From: an uncultured Bacteroidota bacterium
Lineage (GTDB): Bacteria; Bacteroidota; Bacteroidia; Chitinophagales; Chitinophagaceae
Length of the DNA: 64,000 nt
NCBI GenBank assembly: GCA_903905065.1
Contig: CAIVEW010000079.1
Location: 3,622 to 67,621 of the forward strand
Direction of reading: 5' to 3'
Shown here piece after piece: positions 19,101 through 28,175 of the stretch. Every line of letters starts with the position of its first letter. Position 1 is the stretch's first letter. A program made the translations under genes and the position numbers. A model generated the notes under the pieces. The model had not been told where the DNA came from and searched no databases. It was given only the letters and a program-made list of their open reading frames with translations.

Positions 19101-22100
19101 CCGCTCCCTCTGTTATTAGTGGTGCTAGTGTACTTTGTTCCGGCCTTACGCTGGCTTTGAGTGACGCGGTTAGCGGCGGCACATGGTCCAGCTCAACGCC
19201 ATCAATTGCGGTGGTCGGGTCGGGCTCGGGACTGGTAACTGGCGGCTCTGCCGGAACTGCCAAAATTACCTATACACTGGGCGGCTTATGCCGGACAGTT
19301 ACGAATATTACGGTCAACCCTCTGCCGGGCTATACCATAGGCACCTTGCAAGTTTGCGCAGGGGCAATAACTTCTGTAAGCGATGCAACAACCGGCGGGG
19401 TGTGGAGCGCGGGCGCACCGGGCAACGCTACAATTGACGGAGCCGGCTATATCACGGGAATTTCCGCAGGAACAAATCTCATAAGTTATGTTCTTGGTAC
19501 CGGCTGCCTGCGTACGGCAGTTGTAACGGTTAATCCTTTGCCCCCCGCTATCACGGGGCCGGGTGCAGTGTGTGTCGGATCAACAGCTATTCTTACGGAT
19601 GCAATTTCTGGTGGCACCTGGTTAAGCGGCGATGTCAGCAAAGCAACTTTAGGTGTGACCGGCGTTGTGACCGGCGTGTCCGCAGGCACAGATACTATTA
19701 GCTACAAGATCAGCACGGGTTGCATAACTACCACCATCGTTACCGTTGAACCACTACCATCGCCAATCAGCGGGCTAGCCAGCGTATGTATGGGCGCTAC
19801 TACCACCTTAACAGAAGCGGCTGGTGGTAGCTGGAGCAGCAGCAATGCCGCCGTAGCGGCAATTGATGCTGGTGGAACTGTAACCGGCATCTCTGCAGGA
19901 ACAGCCACCATCACATACACACTTGGTACCGGTTGCATCAAAACGATCTTGTTCACGGTACATCCGCTGCCATCGGCTATTAATGGCTTAAGCGCCATAT
20001 GTGCGGGTAACGCAACGTCACTGACTGATATATCGATAGGCGGTAGCTGGAGCAGCGACAACCTGGCAGTTGGCACAATTTCCGCGACCGGTATAGTAAG
20101 GGGGATAAATGCGGGCTCAACTCACATCCTTTACACATTGACGACCGGTTGTGCTGCTTCCAAAACACTTATCGTAAATCCGTTGCCTGCTCCAATAACA
20201 GGACCTGGCTATGTTTGTGTGGGCCTAACCACAACCTTGACCGATGCAACAACCGGTGGCACTTGGGCAAGCTACAGTCCGTCCATTGCCACGATAGGTT
20301 CAGTGAGCGGCCTGGTAACCGGGGTGATGGCTGGAACGAGCATCATCACTTATACGCTAGCAACGGGTTGCAAGATCACTACGCCATTGGTCGTCAATTC
20401 ATTGCCATATGCCATTGTAGGAGCGCTGCACGTATGCACCGGTTTTGAAACGCCACTCAGCGACTTTGTTGCCGGTGGGACATGGAGCAGCAGCAATACC
20501 GCCGTTGGCTCTATTGGCATCAGTTCCGGCATGGCCTATGGCGTTGCGCCTGGAACAGCTTCTATTACTTATACCTTGGGGACAGGTTGCCTGAAGGTTG
20601 CCGTACTTACCGTAAACGCATCGCCTGCTGCGGTAACTGGCCCTGACAGACTCTGCGCCGGCTCAACAATCACGTTAAGCGATGCAACATCGGGCGGTAC
20701 CTGGAGCACTGGCAACTGGGCCATAGCAACGATTGGCTCAACCTCAGGTGTTGTTACCGGTGTTTCTGCAGGATCCGTTTCGATTTCTTATTCGCTTGCA
20801 GCAGGCTGCAGGTCTACAATTATAATAACAGTTTCCGCAACACCCGTAGCAATTTACGGCACCAGAGCTGTATGTGTGGGCAACATCACCTCCCTTACTG
20901 ATCCGGTTGCGGGCGGCACATGGGCGAGCAGCGCCCCGGGCATAGCCTATGTCGCGCTTACGTCAGGGAATGTTTCCGGTGGCGCAGCAGGAACCGCTAC
21001 CATAACTTATACCCTGGGCGGAAGCTGCTACAAGGCGGCGGTAGTTACCGTAAATGCGAGTCCGGCGCCCATCACAGGAATCACAACCATCTGCGCCGGC
21101 AGCACTACGGCACTGAGTGATGCCGTGCCAGGCGGTACCTGGAGTACCAGCAATTACCCGGTTGCACCAATAACGACTGCGGGGGTAGTAACCGGGGCGT
21201 CGCCCGGATCGGTTACCATTGCTTATTCGCTTGCCGCAGGTTGTAAAACGAGCGTAACGGTTGTTATCAATCCTACTCCTGTACCCATTTCTGCGCCGGC
21301 CATAATTTGTATTGGCAGCTATGTTCCTCTTAGTGACGCTACGGCCGGTGGAACATGGGTTAGCAGTAATCCGTCTATTGCCTCAATAGGGTCGCTGTCG
21401 GGGGGGGTGCTGGGTCTGCTGACCGGAACAACTACTATAACCTACTCCTTGAGCTCAGGCTGTTACCGGACCAAGTTGGTTACTGTAGATCCCTTGCCGG
21501 CTGCAATTGCCGCTGGTACTGGTGCTATTTGTTCAGGCACCGCTTTTTCGCTAACTGATACACCTGCCGGCGGGCACTGGAGCAGCAGTAATGCTGCGGT
21601 TGCGGCGGTAGGTTCTTTAACAGGAGTTGTTTCCGGCATTTCGGGAGGAACGGCTACGATCACTTACAACTTAGCCACGGGTTGCACTTCCCTTACCACG
21701 CTGACCGTCAATCAATCGCCGGCCGCTATCGTCGGACCTGCGAATGTTTGTGTCGGTGCGTCTATATTCCTTAGCGATTTGACCGCGGGTGGTACCTGGC
21801 ATGCCAGTAACGGATTCGGTTCAGTAGATGGCGGAGGCAATGTTACCGGTATTGCGCCCGGGAGGGATACCTTTTCTTATGTGGTTGCATCAGGTTGCAA
21901 AGCAACATCTGTGGTATCGGTAAACCCTGCTCCACTTGCGGTAACCGGTGATAGTCATGTTTGTACCAGTAGTACTATTGAACTGACTGATGCCTCAACC
22001 GGCGGGCATTGGACCAGTAGCGACATCACCGTGGCAACAGTCGGCTCACATACAGGCATTGTTACCGGCATCAGCGATGGCCTTGCAACAATTAGCTATA

Positions 22101-23614
22101 GTCTTAGCTCAATTTGCAATGCTGTAGCGGTAGTTACCGTAACCCAAAATCCATCGGCTATCGGCGGTACTACTTACTTCTGTGTACCACAGTCTGAAAC
22201 GTTTACAGATGTTTTTTCCGGCGGCGCTTGGAGCAGCAGTGATCCCGGCGTTGCCTTTGCTTCACCCTTGAGTGGCCTTATCACCGCGGTAACGGGCGGG
22301 ACAGCTACCATCAGTTATTCGTTGCCCGGTGGGTGTGTCGCTACTACTTTGGTAACTATTTCCCCAATGGCAGTTTCCGGGACCATTAACGGTTATTCTT
22401 CTGTTTGTATTTCATCCACTATTCAGCTTACTGATGCCGCATATGGCGGCGTATGGAGCAGCCTTCACCCCGCTGTCGCGGTTGTGAACCCAAGCAATGG
22501 TATGGTTACGGGTATCTCCGAAGGCAGTGATACGATCTTTTATACAGTTACCCGTTACTGTAGCGCGGAAACTGCGTTATTCCCGCTTATGGTGGGCCCT
22601 GAGGTGACCCTGAATGAGATCACGGGTAATAACACGGTTTGCCAGTATGGAACAGATACGTTGCGCGATGCGACACCTGGTGGTACCTGGTCCAGCACGA
22701 ATCCTGGAAAGGCAACGATTGATCCTTCGACTGGTGTGTTATCTGCGGTGGGGTCGGGCCTCGATACAGTGGTTTATGTAATTTTTAGTGGCTGTGCCGC
22801 TGTCGAACGAACCTCTGTTATTATAGACGAATTACCAACAGATCCACACATTACCGTTCACCCAGGTTCCACGGTATGTGCCAATACACAATACATGAAC
22901 ATAGGCGCGGGTATTCCGCAACCCGTCACTTATGTATACACCTGGCGAGCATATAACGCAGATATCAATAGCGTAAGCGCAAACAAACAAAATGTGCTGG
23001 TATCATTCCCTAATGCCGGGCAGGCCGTAGTGACGTTGACAACTCAGCTGATGATAACCGGCTGTGCGGTGACGGATAGTTTTGTGACCAATGTGGGAAG
23101 CTCCGAATCTCCTGCTGCGAGTATAACTTATTCGGCACCTACATTCACCTGCACAGATAATACGGCAGACAGTTACCAATGGGGATATGACAATGGCTAT
23201 ACGCTGGATTCGTCCATAATACCCGGTGAAACTTCGCAAACCTACAACCAGCCCTCGCCTGATTTTTCGGATGTATTTTATTGGGTAATGACTAATCATG
23301 GCGGTTGCCTGCAAAAAGCTTATTATAGAACGCCACCGTCAGTGGAGGTAGGGTATACCTCTATTGAAAACCTGGAATTCATATTGTTCCCGAACCCGGC
23401 AAATTCAATAGTGCACGTGCGAGTAAAGGGCCTACGTAATGGCGATGATGTGCATGTGAAGTTGTTTGATCTACTGGGTAAGGAAATATCTGCCTCTGCT
23501 CTGGTGAATGGTAATGGCGATATCGATGTTTCTAGTCTTGCGCAAGGAATATACTCCGCTGTACTTGTTAAAAACAGCATGAGATTAGGTGCAAGAATGA
23601 TCGTAAAAAGCTAA
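16172..23614 (+). CDS. Giant (2,480 aa) T9SS-secreted surface protein. It has a signal peptide, 30 tandem Ig-like (Big_2-like) modules, a ~200-aa non-repeat domain and a type-A C-terminal sorting domain.
   Basis: The start is MKRLLLTVVLGLCVMIAYG. Each module follows the pattern [AP]I[TS]G...VC.G....L[ST]DA..GG[TA]WSSSN..[VI]A.[VI]....G.VTG...GTA.I[TS]Y.L.TGC......TVNPLP. The C-terminus (FPNPANSIVHVRVKG...GIYSAVLV...MIVKS) is a Por secretion tail. Confidence 0.93.
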   Translation: MKRLLLTVVLGLCVMIAYGRNVPGFAEFLSAPAPVVGPINGTSPVCMGNSFVFSDATTGGMWSSSNSGVASVSGSGVVSGITTGTAIISYSVTDGTGTTYVTYPVTVNAAIAAISGSTSVCSGSSVLLGDAASPGTWTSSNVAVASIGSSTGELLGITSGVVTITFTRVPGCYRSTSFTVNQTPPPIVGSNNVCVGANENLSDALAGGTWTSSFTPMVIVGSATGIVTGESVGSTAIHYTMSTGCAAVMGITINPLPVAITGVRSLCAGALTTLSDGSPSGAWSSSNTAVAVIASGSGFVTGESAGTAIITYELSATGCFQTTVVTVNALPAAITGAGRVCAGQSMHLSDAVAGGAWSSSNTSLATVATSGLVTGVAAGTPLITYKLSTGCLTITPVTVDPLPSAITGIAKVCAGSTITLIDTSSGGTWSAASGFAALDGSGNVAGISAGTAVVTYTSAHGCNTTRIVTINALPPAISGTLLLCQGISTTLTDISAGGTWTSSDIAEAVISGTGFVAAVTAGNPVISYQLPSTGCIITATMTINPLPAAITGVASVCAGTGTSLTDATPGGAWSSSNVSVASVDGSGNVTSGVAGMAAISYSNPTGCGVTRIVTINGLPATVSGTTHLCIGATTTLSDTPGGTWTSSDITIATVTPAGVVSGIGAGTATVTYSLGTGCASMAIITVNPLPSSVSGAASVCIGLSTALTDAGGGSWSSSNTGVATVDGSGNVTGVVAGTVTITYVLPTGCKTTVPFTVNGLPPAISGTMALCLGTSATLSDAAAGGTWSSGNLAVANITGAGTLITVASGSATITYTSATGCVRTTTIVVNAAPAAITGYSSVCVGSVDQFSDITAGGTWTSSSAPYASIGSSSGLTTGLATGIVTITYKLGTGCMATTVLSVTPSPDGIGGAGGLCAGSSITLFDATAGGAWISANPAIATIGAGTGTVTGISTGTAIITYELTGSCYKTTTMTINAAPSVISGASVLCSGLTLALSDAVSGGTWSSSTPSIAVVGSGSGLVTGGSAGTAKITYTLGGLCRTVTNITVNPLPGYTIGTLQVCAGAITSVSDATTGGVWSAGAPGNATIDGAGYITGISAGTNLISYVLGTGCLRTAVVTVNPLPPAITGPGAVCVGSTAILTDAISGGTWLSGDVSKATLGVTGVVTGVSAGTDTISYKISTGCITTTIVTVEPLPSPISGLASVCMGATTTLTEAAGGSWSSSNAAVAAIDAGGTVTGISAGTATITYTLGTGCIKTILFTVHPLPSAINGLSAICAGNATSLTDISIGGSWSSDNLAVGTISATGIVRGINAGSTHILYTLTTGCAASKTLIVNPLPAPITGPGYVCVGLTTTLTDATTGGTWASYSPSIATIGSVSGLVTGVMAGTSIITYTLATGCKITTPLVVNSLPYAIVGALHVCTGFETPLSDFVAGGTWSSSNTAVGSIGISSGMAYGVAPGTASITYTLGTGCLKVAVLTVNASPAAVTGPDRLCAGSTITLSDATSGGTWSTGNWAIATIGSTSGVVTGVSAGSVSISYSLAAGCRSTIIITVSATPVAIYGTRAVCVGNITSLTDPVAGGTWASSAPGIAYVALTSGNVSGGAAGTATITYTLGGSCYKAAVVTVNASPAPITGITTICAGSTTALSDAVPGGTWSTSNYPVAPITTAGVVTGASPGSVTIAYSLAAGCKTSVTVVINPTPVPISAPAIICIGSYVPLSDATAGGTWVSSNPSIASIGSLSGGVLGLLTGTTTITYSLSSGCYRTKLVTVDPLPAAIAAGTGAICSGTAFSLTDTPAGGHWSSSNAAVAAVGSLTGVVSGISGGTATITYNLATGCTSLTTLTVNQSPAAIVGPANVCVGASIFLSDLTAGGTWHASNGFGSVDGGGNVTGIAPGRDTFSYVVASGCKATSVVSVNPAPLAVTGDSHVCTSSTIELTDASTGGHWTSSDITVATVGSHTGIVTGISDGLATISYSLSSICNAVAVVTVTQNPSAIGGTTYFCVPQSETFTDVFSGGAWSSSDPGVAFASPLSGLITAVTGGTATISYSLPGGCVATTLVTISPMAVSGTINGYSSVCISSTIQLTDAAYGGVWSSLHPAVAVVNPSNGMVTGISEGSDTIFYTVTRYCSAETALFPLMVGPEVTLNEITGNNTVCQYGTDTLRDATPGGTWSSTNPGKATIDPSTGVLSAVGSGLDTVVYVIFSGCAAVERTSVIIDELPTDPHITVHPGSTVCANTQYMNIGAGIPQPVTYVYTWRAYNADINSVSANKQNVLVSFPNAGQAVVTLTTQLMITGCAVTDSFVTNVGSSESPAASITYSAPTFTCTDNTADSYQWGYDNGYTLDSSIIPGETSQTYNQPSPDFSDVFYWVMTNHGGCLQKAYYRTPPSVEVGYTSIENLEFILFPNPANSIVHVRVKGLRNGDDVHVKLFDLLGKEISASALVNGNGDIDVSSLAQGIYSAVLVKNSMRLGARMIVKS
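16274..22837 (+). repeat. Coding tandem array of 30 units of ~219 bp (~73 aa) within the giant gene
   Basis: I counted the modules by reading the protein. The units have diverged (roughly half of positions are conserved), and I noticed no near-identical DNA copies. Confidence 0.85.
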
Positions 23615-23661
23615 TAATCTAACCCGGCAATAACCTAAGTCCCGTTTTCCTGCTTTCTTTT

Positions 23662-23669
23662 TACATTTG
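23662..23669 (+). promoter_or_regulatory. -7 promoter element (TACATTTG) for the 23691 gene
   Basis: It matches TAnnTTTG and lies 22 nt upstream of the ATG at 23691. This excludes the track start at 23667. Confidence 0.45.
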
Positions 23670-23690
23670 CGGCAAAACATTTTATTAGCA

Positions 23691-24257
23691 ATGCATGAAA
23701 TAGAACCCTTTTACAATTGGCGTCATTTATATATTTCCGAGGAAGACGAGGCTTCGCCATTTTTTGGGGTGGAGCATAGCGAGTTTGAGTATTCCAACAC
23801 AGTTTATAACTACTATATACATCCGCAGTGGGATGAATTCGGGTCGAAGACCCTGTATATGAAAGTGTTGTTTGTGGACTATGACTTGAACTATGCTATA
23901 ATTGAGCTCATCGGTGAATGGAATGATGCAGTTGAGAACGATATCATGCATCTAAAACGGTCGGTAATAGACCTGATGACGGCTAAGCACATTTATAAAT
24001 TTATTCTGATCGCCGAAAACGTGCTTAATTTTCATAGCAGCGATACCGACTATTATGAGGAATGGAATGAGGACATAAAGGACGATGGCGGCTGGATCGT
24101 GGCAATTAATATGCCCGAACAAACTCAGTACGATTTTCACCGCGCACATATCGACTACAATATTAAGCTCATGGACAGCCCTAACTGGCGTACTTTCCAG
24201 CCTCATGATTTCTTTCAATCAATAGATAATAGGATGCTCAGGCTTGGAGCAGGGTAG
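23691..24257 (+). CDS. Hypothetical acidic cytoplasmic protein
   Basis: The protein is 188 aa: MHEIEPFYNWRHLYISEEDE...IIELIGEWNDAVENDIMHLKRSVIDLM.... It has no TM segment or signal peptide, and I do not recognise a family. Confidence 0.6.
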   Translation: MHEIEPFYNWRHLYISEEDEASPFFGVEHSEFEYSNTVYNYYIHPQWDEFGSKTLYMKVLFVDYDLNYAIIELIGEWNDAVENDIMHLKRSVIDLMTAKHIYKFILIAENVLNFHSSDTDYYEEWNEDIKDDGGWIVAINMPEQTQYDFHRAHIDYNIKLMDSPNWRTFQPHDFFQSIDNRMLRLGAG

Positions 24258-24271
24258 TGCAACAGATATGA

Positions 24272-24472
24272 TCACATCCCTGATAACTTCTTCATCAGAT
24301 TCACCCCGCCTTTTTTGCTCTTATTAATCATCGTTTTCGCCTGCTTGCCACCTTTAGCAGTAGGGTGGTTAGAAAACGATATTGGCTTTGATGGGAGCCT
24401 CACAGGACCAGCTTTTTTGGCTGGAGTAGCTTTGCTATCTCCCGCAGGTGTCGTTTGTTTTTTCGTATCCAT
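24272..24472 (-). CDS. Possible small basic protein (hypothetical)
   Basis: The ORF is 66 aa, Lys/Pro/Thr-rich and convergent with the preceding gene. I saw no clear promoter motif. Confidence 0.3.
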   Translation of the reverse strand: MDTKKQTTPAGDSKATPAKKAGPVRLPSKPISFSNHPTAKGGKQAKTMINKSKKGGVNLMKKLSGM

Positions 24473-24744
24473 ACTGCAAGGTAAGATTTATGCTGATTAT
24501 TTTGTAATTTAGGCTGCCAGGAAAAATTGGTGTGATTTTTGCGTTGTTAATGATTAGGGAGTTTTAGGCTAATATGTTGGTAATTAGTTATTATTTATGT
24601 ACATTAGTAATCAAATATAAAGGCTCCATTAATTCCCGGTTAAGCCCCACTCGCTACGATATTCTTTTGTATTATTGTAATAGATGACCCCTAAAGATTT
24701 GGAATAGATCAATTAAAGGCACGCAGATTTTAAAAGGAGTTTCT

Positions 24745-26676
24745 ATGGCGCATAAAATACGTATTCTTCCTCGTTGGCTAGTTTTCTTGTTCGACCTTTT
24801 TCTGGTTTGCTTTTGCATTTTCCTTTCGAGGATGTTGAAGATGAATTTTAACCTGGATCATGTGGCCGTTGGTATGCGATTCATGCTGGGGGTGGTGCTG
24901 GTGATCAATGCTGTTCTTTTTTACATATTTAAGAGCTATGCTGGAATAGTACGTTTTACTAATCTTGAAGATACGTCCAGGCTTGTAATGGTGAATGCCA
25001 TTGCGTCGTTTTTGTATGTGGTACTTAATACGTTTATTTTAAAGAACGGCAATTATTTTACACTGCAGATCGTTGCGATTAACTTCTTTATTACTACGTT
25101 TGGTATCATTTCTTATCGCCTTGCGGTCAGGTATTGTTTTAACTTCTATAAGTCATTGTCGCAAGGCGATAAATTGCTGAAGAAGAAAGTAGTTGTTTAT
25201 GATACGTCGGCAGATGGCCTGCATATAAAGAAGGTAATGAATAGCCTGCCAAATGGTGATATGCAGGTCGTTGCGTTTCTGGACGATTCGTTTAGCACAG
25301 CAGGAAAGTTGCTGGAAGGAATACCGATATATAATACCAGTGAGGCAAGCCTTATTAAACTGCGGAATGAAGGTGTGGAACTCCTGATCCTTGCCAATAA
25401 ACATATGGAGAAGGCCAAGCTGAATGACCTTGTGGATAATTGCCTGGCACATGGCATCCGCATACAACAGGTGCCTGCCATGCTTGACTGGCTGAACGGC
25501 AAGCTGGATACCCAACAATTGCAGGACATCAACATTGAAGACTTGCTGGAGCGGGAAGTTATTAAAATACACAACGAGGCAATCTATACGGAACTGAAGG
25601 GTAAGAAAATACTGGTGACCGGAGCCGCGGGCTCTATAGGCAGCGAGCTTGTGAGGCAACTGCTTCAGTATCGGCCATCCTTATTGATTTTATGCGATAT
25701 GGCGGAGACGCCCATGCATGAGTTCATGCTGGAGATACAAGAGAAGCATAAAGGAGCAAATGTAAAGGCTTACCTGGGCGATATTTGCGACCGTCAGCGT
25801 ATGGAGCACTTGTTTGAGGTATACAATCCGCAGATCGTGTTTCATGCAGCGGCATACAAACATGTGCCGCTGATGGAAGAGAATCCATCGATAGCCGTGA
25901 TGAACAATGTGAACGGCACGAAAACACTTGCAGAACTCTCTGTGGAGAATAATGTAGAAAAATTTGTGATGGTATCTACCGATAAGGCGGTGAATCCTAC
26001 CAATGTAATGGGCGCATCAAAACGGATAGCGGAGATATATACGCAGAGCTATTTCCGACATCTTATGGGCGATGCGGAAACAGCAGAAATTACAAACGAT
26101 GGTAGCGAGAAGCATGTTACCAAATTTGTTACTACACGTTTTGGGAATGTGCTTGGTTCTAACGGATCGGTTATACCTCGCTTTAAAAAACAACTGGGAA
26201 AGGGCGGCCCGCTGACTGTGACACATCCGGAGATCACGCGTTATTTCATGACCATACCAGAGGCCTGTCTGCTGGTGATAGAAGCCGGTGTAATGGGGCA
26301 GGGAGGCGAAATATTTGTCTTCGATATGGGCAAGCCCGTGAAAATCTCTGATCTGGCCAGGAAGGTGATAAAATTGGCCGGCAAAGAACCCGATATAGAC
26401 ATTAAGATCATCTATACTGGCCTAAGGCCAGGCGAAAAACTGTATGAGGAATTGCTCAGCAATGCAGAAAATTCGAAGCCTACTTATCATGAAAAAATAA
26501 TGATCGCCGATGTGCGCCAATATGATTTTGCATTGGTAGAAAAACGCATCAACAAGCTCATTAGCAGTGCCCGTCAGCATTATACACTGGAGACGGTCTA
26601 CCTTATGAAAGAATTGGTACCGGAATTTGTAAGCAACAATGTGGCTTATGAAAAGATAAAGGCGCCGAACAGTTAA
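24745..26676 (+). CDS. Polysaccharide biosynthesis protein, membrane-anchored NDP-sugar 4,6-dehydratase/epimerase (CapD/WbpM/PglF type)
   Basis: It has N-terminal TM helices, the Rossmann motif VTGAAGSIGSEL, plus AAYKHVPLME and STDKAVNPTNVMGASKRIAE. Confidence 0.9.
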   Translation: MAHKIRILPRWLVFLFDLFLVCFCIFLSRMLKMNFNLDHVAVGMRFMLGVVLVINAVLFYIFKSYAGIVRFTNLEDTSRLVMVNAIASFLYVVLNTFILKNGNYFTLQIVAINFFITTFGIISYRLAVRYCFNFYKSLSQGDKLLKKKVVVYDTSADGLHIKKVMNSLPNGDMQVVAFLDDSFSTAGKLLEGIPIYNTSEASLIKLRNEGVELLILANKHMEKAKLNDLVDNCLAHGIRIQQVPAMLDWLNGKLDTQQLQDINIEDLLEREVIKIHNEAIYTELKGKKILVTGAAGSIGSELVRQLLQYRPSLLILCDMAETPMHEFMLEIQEKHKGANVKAYLGDICDRQRMEHLFEVYNPQIVFHAAAYKHVPLMEENPSIAVMNNVNGTKTLAELSVENNVEKFVMVSTDKAVNPTNVMGASKRIAEIYTQSYFRHLMGDAETAEITNDGSEKHVTKFVTTRFGNVLGSNGSVIPRFKKQLGKGGPLTVTHPEITRYFMTIPEACLLVIEAGVMGQGGEIFVFDMGKPVKISDLARKVIKLAGKEPDIDIKIIYTGLRPGEKLYEELLSNAENSKPTYHEKIMIADVRQYDFALVEKRINKLISSARQHYTLETVYLMKELVPEFVSNNVAYEKIKAPNS

Positions 26677-26732
26677 AGGCTACAGCGGCTCCGCATTGGT
26701 TTTTCTATTGGATTCAAGATTCCTGAAAAAAT

Positions 26733-26762
26733 AGCAAAAGCACCAGAAATGGTGCTTTTGCT
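26733..26762. terminator. Bidirectional terminator hairpin
   Basis: AGCAAAAGCACC-AGAAAT-GGTGCTTTTGCT is a perfect 12-bp stem between convergent genes. Confidence 0.75.
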
Positions 26763-26782
26763 AAAAAGACTCGCGCGGCGCT

Positions 26783-28156
26783 TTAGCCGTTCACAGACTC
26801 CGTAAAATACTTATGAAAATAGGGTATTGTCTCGATGCCCTTATAGAAGTTGGCTAAATCAAACTTCTCATTGGGCGAATGTATGTTGTCGTTGTCCAGT
26901 CCGAAGCCGAGGAGGACAGTTTTTAAACCCAGCGTTTTTTCAAATAATGCCACGATGGGGATGCTTCCGCCTCCGCGCGTGGGGATGGGGTCTTTGCCGA
27001 ACGTGGTCTTTATAGCTTTTGCTGCAGCTTTGTAGGCCGGCGAGTCGGTAGGTGTTACCACAGGTTCGCCGCCATGGCCACGGGTCACCTTTACCGTTAC
27101 ATAACCCGGTGCTATACTTTCAAAATGCTTCTGGAACAATTCGCCTATTTCTGCGGGGCGCTGGTTAGGCACCAGGCGCATGGTGATCTTGGCATTTGCT
27201 TTGGATGGAAGCACCGTCTTGGAACCTTCTCCCTGGTAGCCGCCCCAGATGCCGTTAAGGTCCAGGGTAGGGCGCACACCTGTGCGCTCCAGGGTTGTGT
27301 ACCCCTTTTCGCCCCATTCTTCTTTTATGCCGAGGTCTTGTTTATATTCATCCAGGTCAAACGGTGCGAGGTTAAGATTTTTGCGTTCTTCCGGCGTCAG
27401 GTCCTGGACCTTGTCATAAAAACCGGGGATAGTAATATGCCCATTCTCATCGTGTAGTGAAGCCACCAATTTACAAAGAATGTTGAGCGGATTGGCGACA
27501 GCGCCACCGTAGACGCCACTGTGCAAGTCGCGGTTAGGGCCTGTTACTTCTATCTCTACCGCAGAAAGTCCCCGCAATCCGCTCTCGATGGATGGATGTT
27601 CCATACTGATCATAGATGTATCAGAAACGAGTACCACATTGGCTTTCAGCTTTTCTTTATTGTCTTCAAGAAATTTGCCCAGGTTACTGGAACCCACTTC
27701 TTCTTCTCCCTCTATCATCACTTTTACGTTGCAAGGCAGTGTATTGGTTTTTGCCATTACTTCCAGTGCCTTGATGTGCATGAACATCTGGCCCTTATCG
27801 TCGCAAGCGCCGCGTGCATAGATCTTACCATCTTTGATAACCGGCTCAAATGGCCCGCTGGTCCATAGGTCCAGTGGGTCGGGTGGTTGCACATCATAAT
27901 GGCCATAAACCAGTACAGTAGGAAGTTTTGGGTCAATGATCTTCTCCCCGTATACGATTGGGTTCCCGGCCGTAGGGCAGACTTCAGCTTTGTCGCAACC
28001 GGCTTTCAACATATGTTCTTTCACAGCATCCGCACAACGCGCCACATCGGCTTTATATTTACTGTCTGCGCTTACAGAGGGTATACGTAAAAGGTCGAGC
28101 AATTCATTGAGAAAGCGGTCTTTATTTTGTTCCTGGTAATCTTTCCAAACTTGCAT
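26783..28156 (-). CDS. M20 family metallo-dipeptidase
   Basis: Motifs are VYGHYDVQPPDPLDLW, ARGACDDKGQ and MIEGEEEVGS. The length of 457 aa fits the family. Confidence 0.88.
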   Translation of the reverse strand: MQVWKDYQEQNKDRFLNELLDLLRIPSVSADSKYKADVARCADAVKEHMLKAGCDKAEVCPTAGNPIVYGEKIIDPKLPTVLVYGHYDVQPPDPLDLWTSGPFEPVIKDGKIYARGACDDKGQMFMHIKALEVMAKTNTLPCNVKVMIEGEEEVGSSNLGKFLEDNKEKLKANVVLVSDTSMISMEHPSIESGLRGLSAVEIEVTGPNRDLHSGVYGGAVANPLNILCKLVASLHDENGHITIPGFYDKVQDLTPEERKNLNLAPFDLDEYKQDLGIKEEWGEKGYTTLERTGVRPTLDLNGIWGGYQGEGSKTVLPSKANAKITMRLVPNQRPAEIGELFQKHFESIAPGYVTVKVTRGHGGEPVVTPTDSPAYKAAAKAIKTTFGKDPIPTRGGGSIPIVALFEKTLGLKTVLLGFGLDNDNIHSPNEKFDLANFYKGIETIPYFHKYFTESVNG

Positions 28157-28175
28157 GTGTGTGTATTTTAGAGCT

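Noticed and set aside
16274-22837. A regularly spaced ~219-bp repeat array that could superficially suggest a CRISPR array or satellite.
   Set aside because: The repeats are contiguous with no unique spacers, far longer than CRISPR repeats, diverged, and entirely within one long open reading frame. They are protein domain repeats.
16531-23580. Dozens of 60-160-aa ORFs in other frames and on the minus strand inside the giant adhesin gene (for example 17323-17802, 19702-20076 and 23003-23314). Many have similar-looking peptides (MIVAVPA..TPVT...LLLLQ.PP).
   Set aside because: They are shadow ORFs. The sense frame is rich in Gly, Ala, Thr, Ser and Val codons, and their complements rarely form stop codons. 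Their periodic similarity simply mirrors the 30 sense-strand repeats. The sense frame has a signal peptide, a domain structure and a T9SS tail.
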